Source: a virus
Lineage: Duplodnaviria; Caudoviricetes
Virus record (IMG/VR): IMGVR_UViG_3300032250_000184
Coordinates: 1-64,000 of that record
Length of the DNA stretch: 64,000 bases
Reading direction: 5' to 3' (one strand)
Every line of letters begins with the position of its first letter. Within the stretch, counting starts at the first letter, position 1. The translations under genes and the position numbers were made by a program. Shown piece after piece: positions 8,939-18,731 of this stretch. The notes beneath the pieces were generated by a model. That model was not told the DNA's origin, made no database searches, and saw only the letters and a program-made list of their open reading frames with translations.

Positions 8939-9786
8939 CAGAATTCCTCAATTACATCCATTAAATTCTTTAGTTTATGTTCTATAAAATAGTTCAATAA
9001 CTTTTGGCGAGATGCCGGTTTTGTTTCATCATATGTATTTATAATTTTCTCTTTAATCTCTTTTGGAATTAAAGTCAAATCAATAAGAGTGGCATTTCTA
9101 GAATAATTAGTTTTATCCGTTTCACTATACTCAGACACATCTTCTTTTAAATACTTATCCAAAACTCCTTTGGTGATTGGTTTCTGTCTTAGGTCACGGA
9201 CAAAACAATCAGACGGTGAAAACATATTAGGAATGCCGTCACCTTTATCACCACGAATAATCTTTTCTTTTAATTCAAGAATTGGATCGGTTGATTTAAT
9301 AAACTTCTTTTGTGCCGGATTATACTGTTTTACATTTTCACCATAGTGTTGTAGTTGCAGAAAGTCTCCATCACTCGATAGAATCAAAACCTTTTCGTGT
9401 TTTGCATATATTGGCACCAATGTACCAATAATGTCATCAGCTTCAGCTCCTTCAACATCGATTACTTTGTAAGGAAAGTTTTCACGGAGTTCTGATTTGA
9501 ATTTGGCTAACATATCAAAAATCATATGCCAATCTAAATCCGACTTTTCTCTGGTTTTCTTACGACCTGCTTTATAGAATGGAAAATATTCTTTACGCCA
9601 ATACTTGCGATTATCACAACATAAAACAACATCACCATAATCCTTACGGAAGTTTCTGATGTGCATACGGAGAATATTAAGAATCAGGTGTCGAACTAGA
9701 CTTTCATCCAGTTTCAACCCTTTTTGATTTGAAATCTGTGCCATTAGGCCAGATAGCAGTACTTGATTTAAATCCACGAGAATCAT
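8938..9786 (-). CDS. rnh: RNase H (T4-type 5'-3' exonuclease)
   Basis: MILVDLNQ, YWRKEYFPFYKAGR, EADDIIG, SSDGDFLQL, GDKGDGIPN. Confidence 0.93.
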   Translation of the reverse strand: MILVDLNQVLLSGLMAQISNQKGLKLDESLVRHLILNILRMHIRNFRKDYGDVVLCCDNRKYWRKEYFPFYKAGRKKTREKSDLDWHMIFDMLAKFKSELRENFPYKVIDVEGAEADDIIGTLVPIYAKHEKVLILSSDGDFLQLQHYGENVKQYNPAQKKFIKSTDPILELKEKIIRGDKGDGIPNMFSPSDCFVRDLRQKPITKGVLDKYLKEDVSEYSETDKTNYSRNATLIDLTLIPKEIKEKIINTYDETKPASRQKLLNYFIEHKLKNLMDVIEEF

Positions 9787-9819
9787 AACAAACTTTCAAT
9801 AGTTTCTAAAGACTACATC

Positions 9820-10170
9820 CTACATTGTTTTCTTCATTGTGTCAAGCAGTTTGTCTATGATTTTGTGTGAAGTGGTAGTTTTTTTTGCAATTATACCATA
9901 AAAACCACCTGGTATTAATCCAGAGATATATTCAAGGGGATCGGCAAGTATTGCCTCAAACGAATCCAAGTCACCGTAGGCGTCTTTCTCAGTCTTACTA
10001 TCTCTGAACAAGACAATATGATAAGTTAAACCTAGTTCGCTTCCGCCAATTGGTTCGCCTTTGTTGGCGTACTCTTGTCCTACAATTGCAATTTCGTTAT
10101 CGGTATCACCAGCTAAGAAAGTTAAAAAGTCAAAGCTCTCTTGTTTCATTGGTTTTAAGAAGTCTAGCAT
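9820..10170 (-). CDS. hypothetical protein
   Basis: 116-aa ORF. Confidence 0.55.
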   Translation of the reverse strand: MLDFLKPMKQESFDFLTFLAGDTDNEIAIVGQEYANKGEPIGGSELGLTYHIVLFRDSKTEKDAYGDLDSFEAILADPLEYISGLIPGGFYGIIAKKTTTSHKIIDKLLDTMKKTM

Positions 10171-10573
10171 TATAGTCCTTGATGTGTGATTTTCTCACCC
10201 TTACCATAATCCAAGTATTGTAGTAATCGTCCGTTTCCATGACGCCACGGACGAATTGTTCTTTTGCTTCAAGATAACCACACTCACCCTTAGATTGGCA
10301 AAGATGTAATATTTCACGATTAAAATTGTCGTGACCTAATTGTAACACATCTTGCTTCAGTATGTCACTACTTCCGTAGTAAGTTTGCCAATCACTTGGT
10401 ACTTTTATCTTTTTCTTTTTACCTTTGACTTGCTTGGTTTTGGCAGAATAAAAGAATTTCTTGCCTATGTATTTTTTACCATTCGTCAGATTAGTTATCT
10501 GATACACGAACCCGTAATTATTACCAATCAAGTCTTCCGTAAAATCGATGCCATTATATTGCCAAGACATCAC
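10130..10573 (-). CDS. GIY-YIG-family protein (conserved T4-like Seg-related)
   Basis: YGFVYQITN..KKYIGKK..WQTYYGSS..REIL. Confidence 0.75.
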   Translation of the reverse strand: MMSWQYNGIDFTEDLIGNNYGFVYQITNLTNGKKYIGKKFFYSAKTKQVKGKKKKIKVPSDWQTYYGSSDILKQDVLQLGHDNFNREILHLCQSKGECGYLEAKEQFVRGVMETDDYYNTWIMVRVRKSHIKDYNARLLKTNETREL

Positions 10574-10833
10574 TTGTTATTCTTAACATTCAATTTGGAT
10601 ATTTCTTTAACTGTTATATTCTTCATTCCGTGTTTATTGGCATGAGCTAAAGCTAATTCATGTGCGTGTTTATCGGATTTAGCCGGGCCAGACCAATCAA
10701 ATCTTGTTCTATTTACGCCAGTAATGTTTTGAGCGTTCATACGCACATGATATTGATGGTCATTATCTTCCTCATTTTGTAATTCAATTTTTTCACCTAA
10801 AAGTGTTTTTATGATAGTTGTTCTAAAATCCAT
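10570..10833 (-). CDS. hypothetical protein
   Basis: GGAG SD before MDFRTTIIKTLLGE. Confidence 0.55.
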   Translation of the reverse strand: MDFRTTIIKTLLGEKIELQNEEDNDHQYHVRMNAQNITGVNRTRFDWSGPAKSDKHAHELALAHANKHGMKNITVKEISKLNVKNNK

Positions 10834-10844
10834 GTTATTCTCCG

Positions 10845-10852
10845 TATAAATA
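10845..10852 (+). promoter_or_regulatory. T4-type late promoter TATAAATA
   Basis: Exact consensus ~60 nt upstream of the plus-strand endonuclease. Confidence 0.65.
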
Positions 10853-10910
10853 GGTGTATGTCGCCGGACTGGCATCCGCACATACTCTAATACGAAAGGA
10901 CCGTGTCAGC

Positions 10911-11444
10911 ATGAATATTTATCATTTCATTTATAAGACAACCCATATCAACGGAAACTACTATTATGGTAGACACACCACTACAAACCTAGATGATGGT
11001 TATATGGGCTCAGGAACTTGGGTACGAAAAATAAGAAAACTGGATAACCTAACTAGAGAAATTATAGAATACGCAAATTCCGTTGAATCACTTAAAGATT
11101 TAGAGCAAAAATACTTGGATGAACATTTTGGTAATCCAAGATGTATGAATCGTAGAAAAAGTTCTTGTGGTTTTGATAGTGAAACTAATCCTATGAAAAC
11201 TATGAGAATCAACAAAGGTTCATTCAAAAAAGGTCACAAGCCAGTATTTTCACCAGAAAGTAATAAGAAAAAGAGTTTAACTAAAATGGGAAAAAATAAT
11301 CCTATGTTTGGTAAAGCAGAAGCTTCAAAACACTTAAATATATCCAACGAACAATGTCGTTACTGTGGTATAATTACAACAATAGGAAACATTGGTCGTT
11401 GGCACAATGATAGGTGTAAGTTAGTCCCAATCTCCAGTATCTAA
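10911..11444 (+). mobile_element. free-standing GIY-YIG homing endonuclease (Seg-like, NUMOD3-type tail)
   Basis: FIYKTT..YYYGRH..YMGSG..REII; SNKKKSLTKMGKNNPMFGK; opposite strand to its neighbours. Confidence 0.8.
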
Positions 11445-11606
11445 ATCATCATCATCTTCTTCGACACATTCTTCCGTCAGTTCCTCTATTTCTGAACCAC
11501 AGAATGGACAATATTCCGGTAAATCTTGAGATACTTCTTCTTCCATAAATTCTACACTATATTGTGATTCACAGTTGAGGCAATCGCCTGAAAGTACTTT
11601 GTTCAT
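11421..11606 (-). CDS. small zinc-ribbon protein with acidic tail
   Basis: CLNC and CPFC pairs. Confidence 0.7.
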   Translation of the reverse strand: MNKVLSGDCLNCESQYSVEFMEEEVSQDLPEYCPFCGSEIEELTEECVEEDDDDLDTGDWD

Positions 11607-11615
11607 ACTGATTCC

Positions 11616-12602
11616 TTAATGAGCCCAAACATCACCCCAATCTCCTGATAAAGAACCTTTTGCATAGTCGGTTGCTCTATTCTCAAAGAAGTTTGTATGT
11701 GTTGGTGCGTTAATCATTTCTTCTACCCATGGTAGAGGATTTCTTTTCACTTTAAACACACCTTTGAGTCCTAAAGAAATCAATCGGCGGTCTGCAATAT
11801 AACGAATGTATTTTTTGACATCTTCAGCAGATAAATCTTCCATGGCACCCATCTTGAAAGCCAGGTCAATAAATTTATCTTCTAATTCTACCATGCGTTC
11901 TGCAATTGTATATAGACGACCTTTCAGTTCATCATTCCAGATTTCTTTGTTTTCTTCGATATATGTTCTGAATAGTTTAACCATATTCTCGGTATGTTGT
12001 GTTTCATCAACAATCGACCAAGTTACGATTTGACCCATACCTTTCATTTTACCGTGGCGTGGGAAGTTGAGTAACATAATGAATGATGAGAATAACTGCA
12101 TACCTTCAGTAAATGCCGAGAATACAGCAATATGTGTAGCAGTATTTTCTTTCGTGGTATTTTGACCAGAGATATTCATAACATAATCATGTTTTTCTTT
12201 CATCTCTGCATAGGCCATAAACTCATTGTAGGTTGTGTCTGGAAGACCTAAGGTTTCGATTAAGTGTGAATACGCAGCAATGTGTAACGCTTCTCTTGCG
12301 GCGAACCCCAACAACATCATCCTAATTTCTGGTTGTGGAAAATAAGGAAGATAATTATTAACATAACCACCAGCAACGTCAATGTCTCCTTGGGTAAAGA
12401 ATCGGAAGATATGTGTAAGGAATTGTTTTTCTTCTTTAGTAAGTTTCTTTTTCCAATCTTTGACATCTTCCAACATTGGAACTTCGGTATGTAACCAATG
12501 AGATTGCTCATGCTTAAGCCATGCATCATAAGCCCAAGCGTAATTAAAAGGTTTAAAGTAAGAGCGTTCATCTGTTAACCTCGAATCTGTTTTTTTAATC
12601 AT
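11616..12602 (-). CDS. nrdB: ribonucleotide reductase class Ia beta subunit
   Basis: FFTQGDIDV, EALH..AY, EGMQLFSSF, DETQH, NFFE..ATDY. Confidence 0.95.
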   Translation of the reverse strand: MIKKTDSRLTDERSYFKPFNYAWAYDAWLKHEQSHWLHTEVPMLEDVKDWKKKLTKEEKQFLTHIFRFFTQGDIDVAGGYVNNYLPYFPQPEIRMMLLGFAAREALHIAAYSHLIETLGLPDTTYNEFMAYAEMKEKHDYVMNISGQNTTKENTATHIAVFSAFTEGMQLFSSFIMLLNFPRHGKMKGMGQIVTWSIVDETQHTENMVKLFRTYIEENKEIWNDELKGRLYTIAERMVELEDKFIDLAFKMGAMEDLSAEDVKKYIRYIADRRLISLGLKGVFKVKRNPLPWVEEMINAPTHTNFFENRATDYAKGSLSGDWGDVWAH

Positions 12603-13236
12603 TTTCTTTTCTTTCGTACATTACTGTGTTTGTATCTCCGAGAGCCCACTTAGGATCAGTTTCAACCGACCAACGTTTGGTTGCAACTTTAAAGTCAGGC
12701 ATCTTCAATTGTTTTGGGTTACTACTAGGTTCTAATACTATCATTCGATTGTTGGGTTGAGCGGCAAATTGTCCATTATCCAACTTAATAAAGTTATAAG
12801 ATTTATGATCTTCTACATCTTCAGAAAAACCAGTATCTAAAGTGTTGAAGTCGGGATGAGCTGAATCCACAGTAAACATATATTCACCATAAGCCCAATC
12901 ACCACTTTTTAATTTAATTTTGCACTTCATCGATTGCAACTGTGCTTTTTTTATTACTGTGATATCATAAGACAAACAATCCCAAAGTTGTAGATAATCT
13001 AACGGTAATGGTTCACCTTCAATTGGTTTCCAACAATAGGCATGTAAAGGAAGTTTATCGTATAATGCACCATAATTATTCAAATATGATTCAATACGAA
13101 ATGCTTGACCTCTTAATGATTTGATACTTATCCACCAGCAAGGTTCGAGTTCTTCATGACCTCTTTCAAAGTCATAGAGAAATTCTTTACGAATAAAACA
13201 CTTTACTGGTGGTAAGTTAGCAACTATGTGTGACAC
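12595..13236 (-). CDS. conserved hypothetical protein between nrdA and nrdB
   Basis: GTG start right after the nrdA stop; GALYDKLPLHA, QLWDC, NGQFAAQPNNR. Confidence 0.7.
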   Translation of the reverse strand: MSHIVANLPPVKCFIRKEFLYDFERGHEELEPCWWISIKSLRGQAFRIESYLNNYGALYDKLPLHAYCWKPIEGEPLPLDYLQLWDCLSYDITVIKKAQLQSMKCKIKLKSGDWAYGEYMFTVDSAHPDFNTLDTGFSEDVEDHKSYNFIKLDNGQFAAQPNNRMIVLEPSSNPKQLKMPDFKVATKRWSVETDPKWALGDTNTVMYERKEND

Positions 13237-13237
13237 A

Positions 13238-15022
13238 TTAACCTTCGCAAGCAATACAATCGTTACCTTGAGCAATCTGTGTCATATCTAGCTCTTTGAT
13301 AACATTTCTTTCAATCTTCTTAGATACTTTATCTGCCTTACCAATCTTTTCGGAACGGCAGTAGTAAAGTGTTTTCAGTCCTTTTTTCCATGCCATAAAA
13401 TGAATAGCATGAATATACTTGATGTGTGCATCTGGTCTAAAGAATAGGTTTAATGATTGAGCTTGGTCGATATATGCTTGTCTGTCACTAGCCAATTCAA
13501 TTACCCATCTTTGGTCAATCTCCATGGATGTTTTGAATACATCCTTTTCGTGTTGGTCCAAAATGTCTAAGTGTTGGCAAGAACCATCGTTAGCAATAAT
13601 GCTAGACCAAGTATCGTTATAATCCAATTCATCTTTTGTTTTCTCTTTAATAATTTTATCCAACCAACGATTCTTATTTAAGAAAGAACCGGATAAAGTA
13701 TCTTGTCTATATGCATTTGCACGGTAGGGCTCAATAGAGGGAGAAGTGTTTCCCATGATGATAGAAGAAGAAGCATTGGGAGCAATAGCCATAAGATGAC
13801 TGAACCTACGACCAGTGCCTTCCGCATCGGGTGCTTCACCTCTCTCTTTTCCCAGTTGAATGTTAGCGGCATCTAGTCCCTCTCGAATTGATTTGAAGAT
13901 TCTGTTATTGGCCACTTTCGCCATAACACCCTCAAAAGCGATTCCGTTACGCTGTAGATAAGCATGAAACCCGAGAGCACCGATGCCAATAGAACGCTCT
14001 CGTTGAGCGGAGTATTTGGCACGAGAGATAGCATCAGGAGCGTTATCAATAAAGTAATTGAGCACGTTATCGAGCATTTCAGCAACGTCTTTAAGAAATA
14101 GTTCATTATTTTTCCATTCATCATAAGTTTCCAAATTTAAAGAAGATAAACAACATACTGCCGTTCTTTCTTCATTCGTAGGCAGAATGATTTCAGAACA
14201 CAGGTTTGATTGGTGAACTTTCAAACCTTTAACTTTCAACCATTCTGGTAAATGGTTGTTACTTGTATCGATGTAATGAATGTATGGTTCACCAGTATGC
14301 ATACGTAATTCTAGAATCATTTGCCATAACATCTTTGCAGATACAGTTTCACGAACTTCTTTAGATGCTGGATCGATTAAATTCCAAGAATCATCAAATT
14401 CTGGATCCAACATGGCCTGCTCAATGATATGCATGAAGTCATCTGTGATATTAATACCATGATGTAAATTCAAACAACGCTGGTTTGGATCACCAGTCGG
14501 CTTACGCATTTCTAAAAACCCAATAATGTCTGGATGAGAAATGTTGAGGTAAGCAGCATAACTACCACGGCGAGTACGGCCTTGGCGATAGGCCAAAGAA
14601 GATGCATCATAGATTTTGAGGTGAGGCATGACACCAGTAGATTTATCGTCTGCTGAACGAATACCAAAGCCAATACCAACACCACCTCCAAGCATAGAAA
14701 GCCAATTAGTTTCTGATAGATTATCAACTAGTCCTTCAGCAGTATCTTCAATATAATTAAGGAAACATGATATAGGCATGCCACGCTTACTACGACCAAA
14801 AGAGAGAATGGGAGTAGAATAAGAGAGCCAATGCTTGCTACTATATTCGTAAAGTCTTTGTGCATGTTCTTTATTACTTCCAAATGATTTTGATACAAAT
14901 GCAAATCTATGTTGCGGTGATGTTTCATCTTCCTTCATGTACGATTCTTGTAATCGTTTAATTCCTAATTCATCAAAAAGTTTATCTCGTTCTAAATCTA
15001 TATTAATGCCTAGGTATTCCAT
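13238..15022 (-). CDS. nrdA: ribonucleotide reductase class Ia alpha subunit (short, no ATP cone)
   Basis: ISCF, SNLCSEI, VCCLSSLNL, IAPNASSSI, KTLYY, C-terminal CxAC. Confidence 0.95.
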   Translation of the reverse strand: MEYLGINIDLERDKLFDELGIKRLQESYMKEDETSPQHRFAFVSKSFGSNKEHAQRLYEYSSKHWLSYSTPILSFGRSKRGMPISCFLNYIEDTAEGLVDNLSETNWLSMLGGGVGIGFGIRSADDKSTGVMPHLKIYDASSLAYRQGRTRRGSYAAYLNISHPDIIGFLEMRKPTGDPNQRCLNLHHGINITDDFMHIIEQAMLDPEFDDSWNLIDPASKEVRETVSAKMLWQMILELRMHTGEPYIHYIDTSNNHLPEWLKVKGLKVHQSNLCSEIILPTNEERTAVCCLSSLNLETYDEWKNNELFLKDVAEMLDNVLNYFIDNAPDAISRAKYSAQRERSIGIGALGFHAYLQRNGIAFEGVMAKVANNRIFKSIREGLDAANIQLGKERGEAPDAEGTGRRFSHLMAIAPNASSSIIMGNTSPSIEPYRANAYRQDTLSGSFLNKNRWLDKIIKEKTKDELDYNDTWSSIIANDGSCQHLDILDQHEKDVFKTSMEIDQRWVIELASDRQAYIDQAQSLNLFFRPDAHIKYIHAIHFMAWKKGLKTLYYCRSEKIGKADKVSKKIERNVIKELDMTQIAQGNDCIACEG

Positions 15023-15043
15023 ATATTTGCCTCATTGTTATTT

Positions 15044-15691
15044 TTATTTGACGAATTCTTTAATCATTGGAAAGATTGGTTCGATTGCATCTACGCAAGC
15101 TAAAGCAATTTCTCGATGTTCCTTTTGTGTTTCTACTCCACTACGAAGCTGTATATAGTGAACCCACGACCGTAGAGTTCCATTCATATACAACCTTGAT
15201 ACTGTAATGCCTTCAGGTAAAACCGCACGAGCTTGTTCTTTTGCAATACCGTGTTCTAGTGCCCAACGATAGGCTCTTTCGGCTGCCACAATTACATAAT
15301 CTTGTTGTGTTTCCCAATTCAATTGCAAACCAACATCTTTCGTTTCAATACTATTTTGTCGGTTCTTTTCATCTTGTAATCTTGCTTCCTTGAATTCAAA
15401 TCCTAAATCTGCAACAGCATATCTCTGAGAGAACTCCTGGAATGAAAAAGAACGGTGCCGCAATATTTGTCTTGCAATGTCACGAGTTGTTTCAATCTCC
15501 AAACATATACTCACCATTTCAAGTGGTGACCAATGTTGGTGTTTAATAAGATATCGAATTAACTTCTCACTGGTTTCATGGTTTGCTTGATTACTCGGAT
15601 TCGAAACTCTTGCACAGAAGGCAATAAGTTCGGTCAAGTTTTCAGCAAAGTGTTGAGCTGGCTGTGTGTATGATAATAATTCCACCTTCAT
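15044..15691 (-). CDS. thyX: FAD-dependent thymidylate synthase
   Basis: RHRSFSFQEFSQRY ThyX motif. Confidence 0.95.
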   Translation of the reverse strand: MKVELLSYTQPAQHFAENLTELIAFCARVSNPSNQANHETSEKLIRYLIKHQHWSPLEMVSICLEIETTRDIARQILRHRSFSFQEFSQRYAVADLGFEFKEARLQDEKNRQNSIETKDVGLQLNWETQQDYVIVAAERAYRWALEHGIAKEQARAVLPEGITVSRLYMNGTLRSWVHYIQLRSGVETQKEHREIALACVDAIEPIFPMIKEFVK

Positions 15692-15695
15692 AATT

Positions 15696-16709
15696 TTATA
15701 CTTTCTTCCAATTCACAAGTTCTGCTTTTGCTCTCAAATTAACGAATGTGTATTTACTTATAATGTCTTGAATTTCATCTGGTGAGAATCCATCCAGTAT
15801 CATATCGTTAATGTCTTTAGATTCAATCATTTCTGGCCAAATCACTACATGATAATGTTTTTCTATTGCATCATCAATTTTTTTAATGATCTCTTTATTA
15901 CGAGGTTCATTATCAAATACTAGCACTACTTTACTCTTGTCGTATATGGATGTAATTGATTCCAAGTTACTGTCTGCCGTAGCAACAGCATTGTCTAAGA
16001 ACAGGCTGTCAATAGGACCTTCCACTACATATATCGTCTTGTCCTCGTCTATCCTATCAGAACCAAAGACTTTATGGTTATCATCATGCAACTTGATGGT
16101 GATGTATCTAAGTTTGGATTCTCCTAACGCTCGCCCCTGTATTGCGACCAGATTTTTCTCTTGGTCGTAAAACGGAATAACGAGGCGTGGGTCATTCTTG
16201 TGAAGTCCATCTTTCTCAATCCCAAGATTTTGTATGAAGGCTGCGAAATCTTCCGCAAAGTATAGTTGCGAGTAAAAGGTCTCCGGAATCCTTCTTTGCT
16301 GAACATAGACTTTAGCAAAATGCGCTTCTGGTAACGACTCGATTGATGGAAGTTCCAAGGCCTTTTTGAAGATGGGCGCTGGCGACTTATACTCCTCGAA
16401 ATTTGGCTCACTATGGTTGGATTTGTTATTGTCTCCATTTTTATATCTTTCAAGTGAATATTCTTTAATGAGTGTAGGATCAACTCTATCTAAAAAGTTA
16501 TAAAAAGAACAGGATGCACCACAGTTATGGCACATATAGAAGTAGTCATTCTTTTTGCGAAAAATATAACCACGACACTTTGTTTTATTCTTTTGAGAAT
16601 CTCCACATAAAGGACACCGAAAATTATAAAGGTCGTCTTTCTTTTGAGAAAACCTTTGTAGTTTTGGTGAAATGCGGAGTAGGAAAGTTCTGTCAATAAA
16701 GACACTCAT
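15696..16709 (-). CDS. gp61: DNA primase (gp61-like)
   Basis: RCPLCGDS..CHNCG zinc finger; TOPRIM VVEGPIDS, FDNEPRN, KDINDM. Confidence 0.93.
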   Translation of the reverse strand: MSVFIDRTFLLRISPKLQRFSQKKDDLYNFRCPLCGDSQKNKTKCRGYIFRKKNDYFYMCHNCGASCSFYNFLDRVDPTLIKEYSLERYKNGDNNKSNHSEPNFEEYKSPAPIFKKALELPSIESLPEAHFAKVYVQQRRIPETFYSQLYFAEDFAAFIQNLGIEKDGLHKNDPRLVIPFYDQEKNLVAIQGRALGESKLRYITIKLHDDNHKVFGSDRIDEDKTIYVVEGPIDSLFLDNAVATADSNLESITSIYDKSKVVLVFDNEPRNKEIIKKIDDAIEKHYHVVIWPEMIESKDINDMILDGFSPDEIQDIISKYTFVNLRAKAELVNWKKV

Positions 16710-16739
16710 GATATATTCAATTCAAATTGTGGTAAAAAA

Positions 16740-17168
16740 TTATTTAGCTATATGAAGTATTGTATCAAGATTTACATGAGAAATCAAGTAGGAGATTGCA
16801 ATTATACCACCGGCAACCATCCACTTCCACTCCAAAAGCTTATCCAAAGATTCTTTTTCTTTTTTATTGTGGTCTGACATATCTTTTCTTATGGCTTTGA
16901 ATTCTTCCATAATCTTTTCATTGGAATCTTCCATCTTTTGCAACACGGTATCAATTCTACGATCAATTTCTTTGATATCTTTATCGGTTTCTATTCTACG
17001 CTGGTCCATGTCAGCATACACCTTTGCTATGTGTCTGTCGTGTTGATCCACGAGTTTTTCGATAACAATATCCATTTTATTACATAAAGCGGATAATGTC
17101 AATACTTGGGTCTTTAAAACACCAATGTCTACTTGTACATCGACCATTTCGTTAAAATCGGATGCCAT
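16740..17168 (-). CDS. coiled-coil protein with C-terminal TM (possible holin/antiholin)
   Basis: Heptad-rich body, WKWMVAGGIIAISYLI anchor, next to the endolysin. Confidence 0.55.
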   Translation of the reverse strand: MASDFNEMVDVQVDIGVLKTQVLTLSALCNKMDIVIEKLVDQHDRHIAKVYADMDQRRIETDKDIKEIDRRIDTVLQKMEDSNEKIMEEFKAIRKDMSDHNKKEKESLDKLLEWKWMVAGGIIAISYLISHVNLDTILHIAK

Positions 17169-17169
17169 A

Positions 17170-17778
17170 TTATGTTCCTAAAATATTCAGCGCTTTTCTA
17201 TAATTCTCTTCCCTCTCAGGCAAACCAATGTATCCGCCATTAATCACTTTAGTCATTACCTTAATATCACCGACATCTGCATATGAGTTGAGTTTATTGT
17301 TCTTCCAGAATAAACAAGCCGCCTCAGCTGCGCCTTGTTTGGTTTCTAGATACCTAGTTACTTGTTCTAAGTCCATTCCAACAGTATCGGCAAACTTTTG
17401 ATAGTTATATTTGCCTGTTAATTGAATTAGACCTCTACCTCTGTATTTCCATCCATCTCCACTCAATTCATCACCATTGCCTAAACGATTAGCATAAACA
17501 AAATTAGCAATCATCTCAGGTTGTCTAGCATACTTATTTGCTAGTTCTGGTGATGTAAATCTTTTTGGCCAAGTCATCACTAAACCTTTGGCGCCATAAT
17601 TTAAATTTTCTATTAGTTTCTCAAAATGTCCAGATTCATGTGAACATTGAGCTATAAATGCAGCAATCCTCTGTGGAGAGTCTATATTATATTTAGGCAA
17701 TAAATTGTTTAGAATTTCAGCCCATTCAATAGAATCTTTTTTTATTTGTAATTTTTGTAACATCTCAGAAGTAATCAT
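17170..17778 (-). CDS. glycoside hydrolase family 19 endolysin
   Basis: AQCSHESG, ENLNY, DGWKYRGRGLIQLTGKYNY, INGG. Confidence 0.9.
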   Translation of the reverse strand: MITSEMLQKLQIKKDSIEWAEILNNLLPKYNIDSPQRIAAFIAQCSHESGHFEKLIENLNYGAKGLVMTWPKRFTSPELANKYARQPEMIANFVYANRLGNGDELSGDGWKYRGRGLIQLTGKYNYQKFADTVGMDLEQVTRYLETKQGAAEAACLFWKNNKLNSYADVGDIKVMTKVINGGYIGLPEREENYRKALNILGT

Positions 17779-18149
17779 AATCTTCTTTCAAATTCTTCGT
17801 CTGTGCGACCCATTCTTTTAATTGGTGTTTCTTCGCCATCACGGTCTTTAATGTATTTTCCAATTAATGCATTTGCTACCCACGCACCCATATATCCTAT
17901 AAAATACCATTCGTCTAGTCGATCAGTTACTATGAGGTAAATGAATCCCCATGTACTAACAATCCACGCACCAAACCTAGAAAACTTTCTTTCATTCAAT
18001 TTGCCGTTAATGGAAATCAAATCAATTAAGCTTATTGAACTTTTTTGATCCACATTTAGTTTCCACAAATAAAGTGTACACACCAACACAATTATTGTTA
18101 ATATGATATACATTACATCTATAGAGTTGAGTGTGTTGAAAAGGCTCAT
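17775..18149 (-). CDS. putative holin (multi-TM)
   Basis: About 3 hydrophobic segments, charged C-tail, adjacent to the endolysin. Confidence 0.55.
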   Translation of the reverse strand: MSLFNTLNSIDVMYIILTIIVLVCTLYLWKLNVDQKSSISLIDLISINGKLNERKFSRFGAWIVSTWGFIYLIVTDRLDEWYFIGYMGAWVANALIGKYIKDRDGEETPIKRMGRTDEEFERRL

Positions 18150-18730
18150 TGAACCTCTCCAAATATCTTCTTTTGATTTTTATACCACTCTTGCCAACCT
18201 TTTACTTGTTCAACGAGTTTGTAGTAGGTTGCGTTGTTGTTGTTGACTGTGTTGAGGAGTTCAGAGATTGTAATTTCTGAGGTTCCCGTAATAGTGTTGA
18301 TGGTGCTGTCGGGAAGTTCTGCTTGACTGGAACTGTTGAACAAGCTAACAGAAGCATTGGACAAACGACAGCTATCAGTAGCATACTTATTGATTGCACT
18401 TTTAATTTCATTTTGTTTATCCTTAATAATATTTTCTTTTTCAACGATTGTTTCAACCAATATGGTGTTCACTTGTGCAGATTGTGTTTCAGATTGAGCA
18501 ATTTTAACTTCCAATTCTTTTACTTTGAGTAACCATGAATTGTTATTGCTGTTAGCTCCTTCAATCCAAATACCAAACACCAATACAATAATTGAAATGA
18601 TTTGGATGGGTAATTTATATTGACTAACGAAAGGCATGAAACTGAAGAACCAACTGACAATAATACCCAACACACCTGCGATGACCATCAGGTGAATTAC
18701 AAAATTAGGTACCCAATTCAACAACCACAT
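18146..18730 (-). CDS. putative i-spanin (Rz-like)
   Basis: N-terminal TM segments followed by coiled coil; contains a nested lipoprotein ORF. Confidence 0.7.
   Translation of the reverse strand: MWLLNWVPNFVIHLMVIAGVLGIIVSWFFSFMPFVSQYKLPIQIISIIVLVFGIWIEGANSNNNSWLLKVKELEVKIAQSETQSAQVNTILVETIVEKENIIKDKQNEIKSAINKYATDSCRLSNASVSLFNSSSQAELPDSTINTITGTSEITISELLNTVNNNNATYYKLVEQVKGWQEWYKNQKKIFGEVQ
18202..18411 (-). CDS. putative o-spanin lipoprotein (Rz1-like), nested
   Basis: Lipobox LLLAC followed by Pro-rich STVPVKQNFPTAP, wholly inside the Rz-like ORF in another frame; start could be 18384. Confidence 0.7.
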   Translation of the reverse strand: MKLKVQSISMLLIAVVCPMLLLACSTVPVKQNFPTAPSTLLREPQKLQSLNSSTQSTTTTQPTTNSLNK

Positions 18731-18731
18731 A

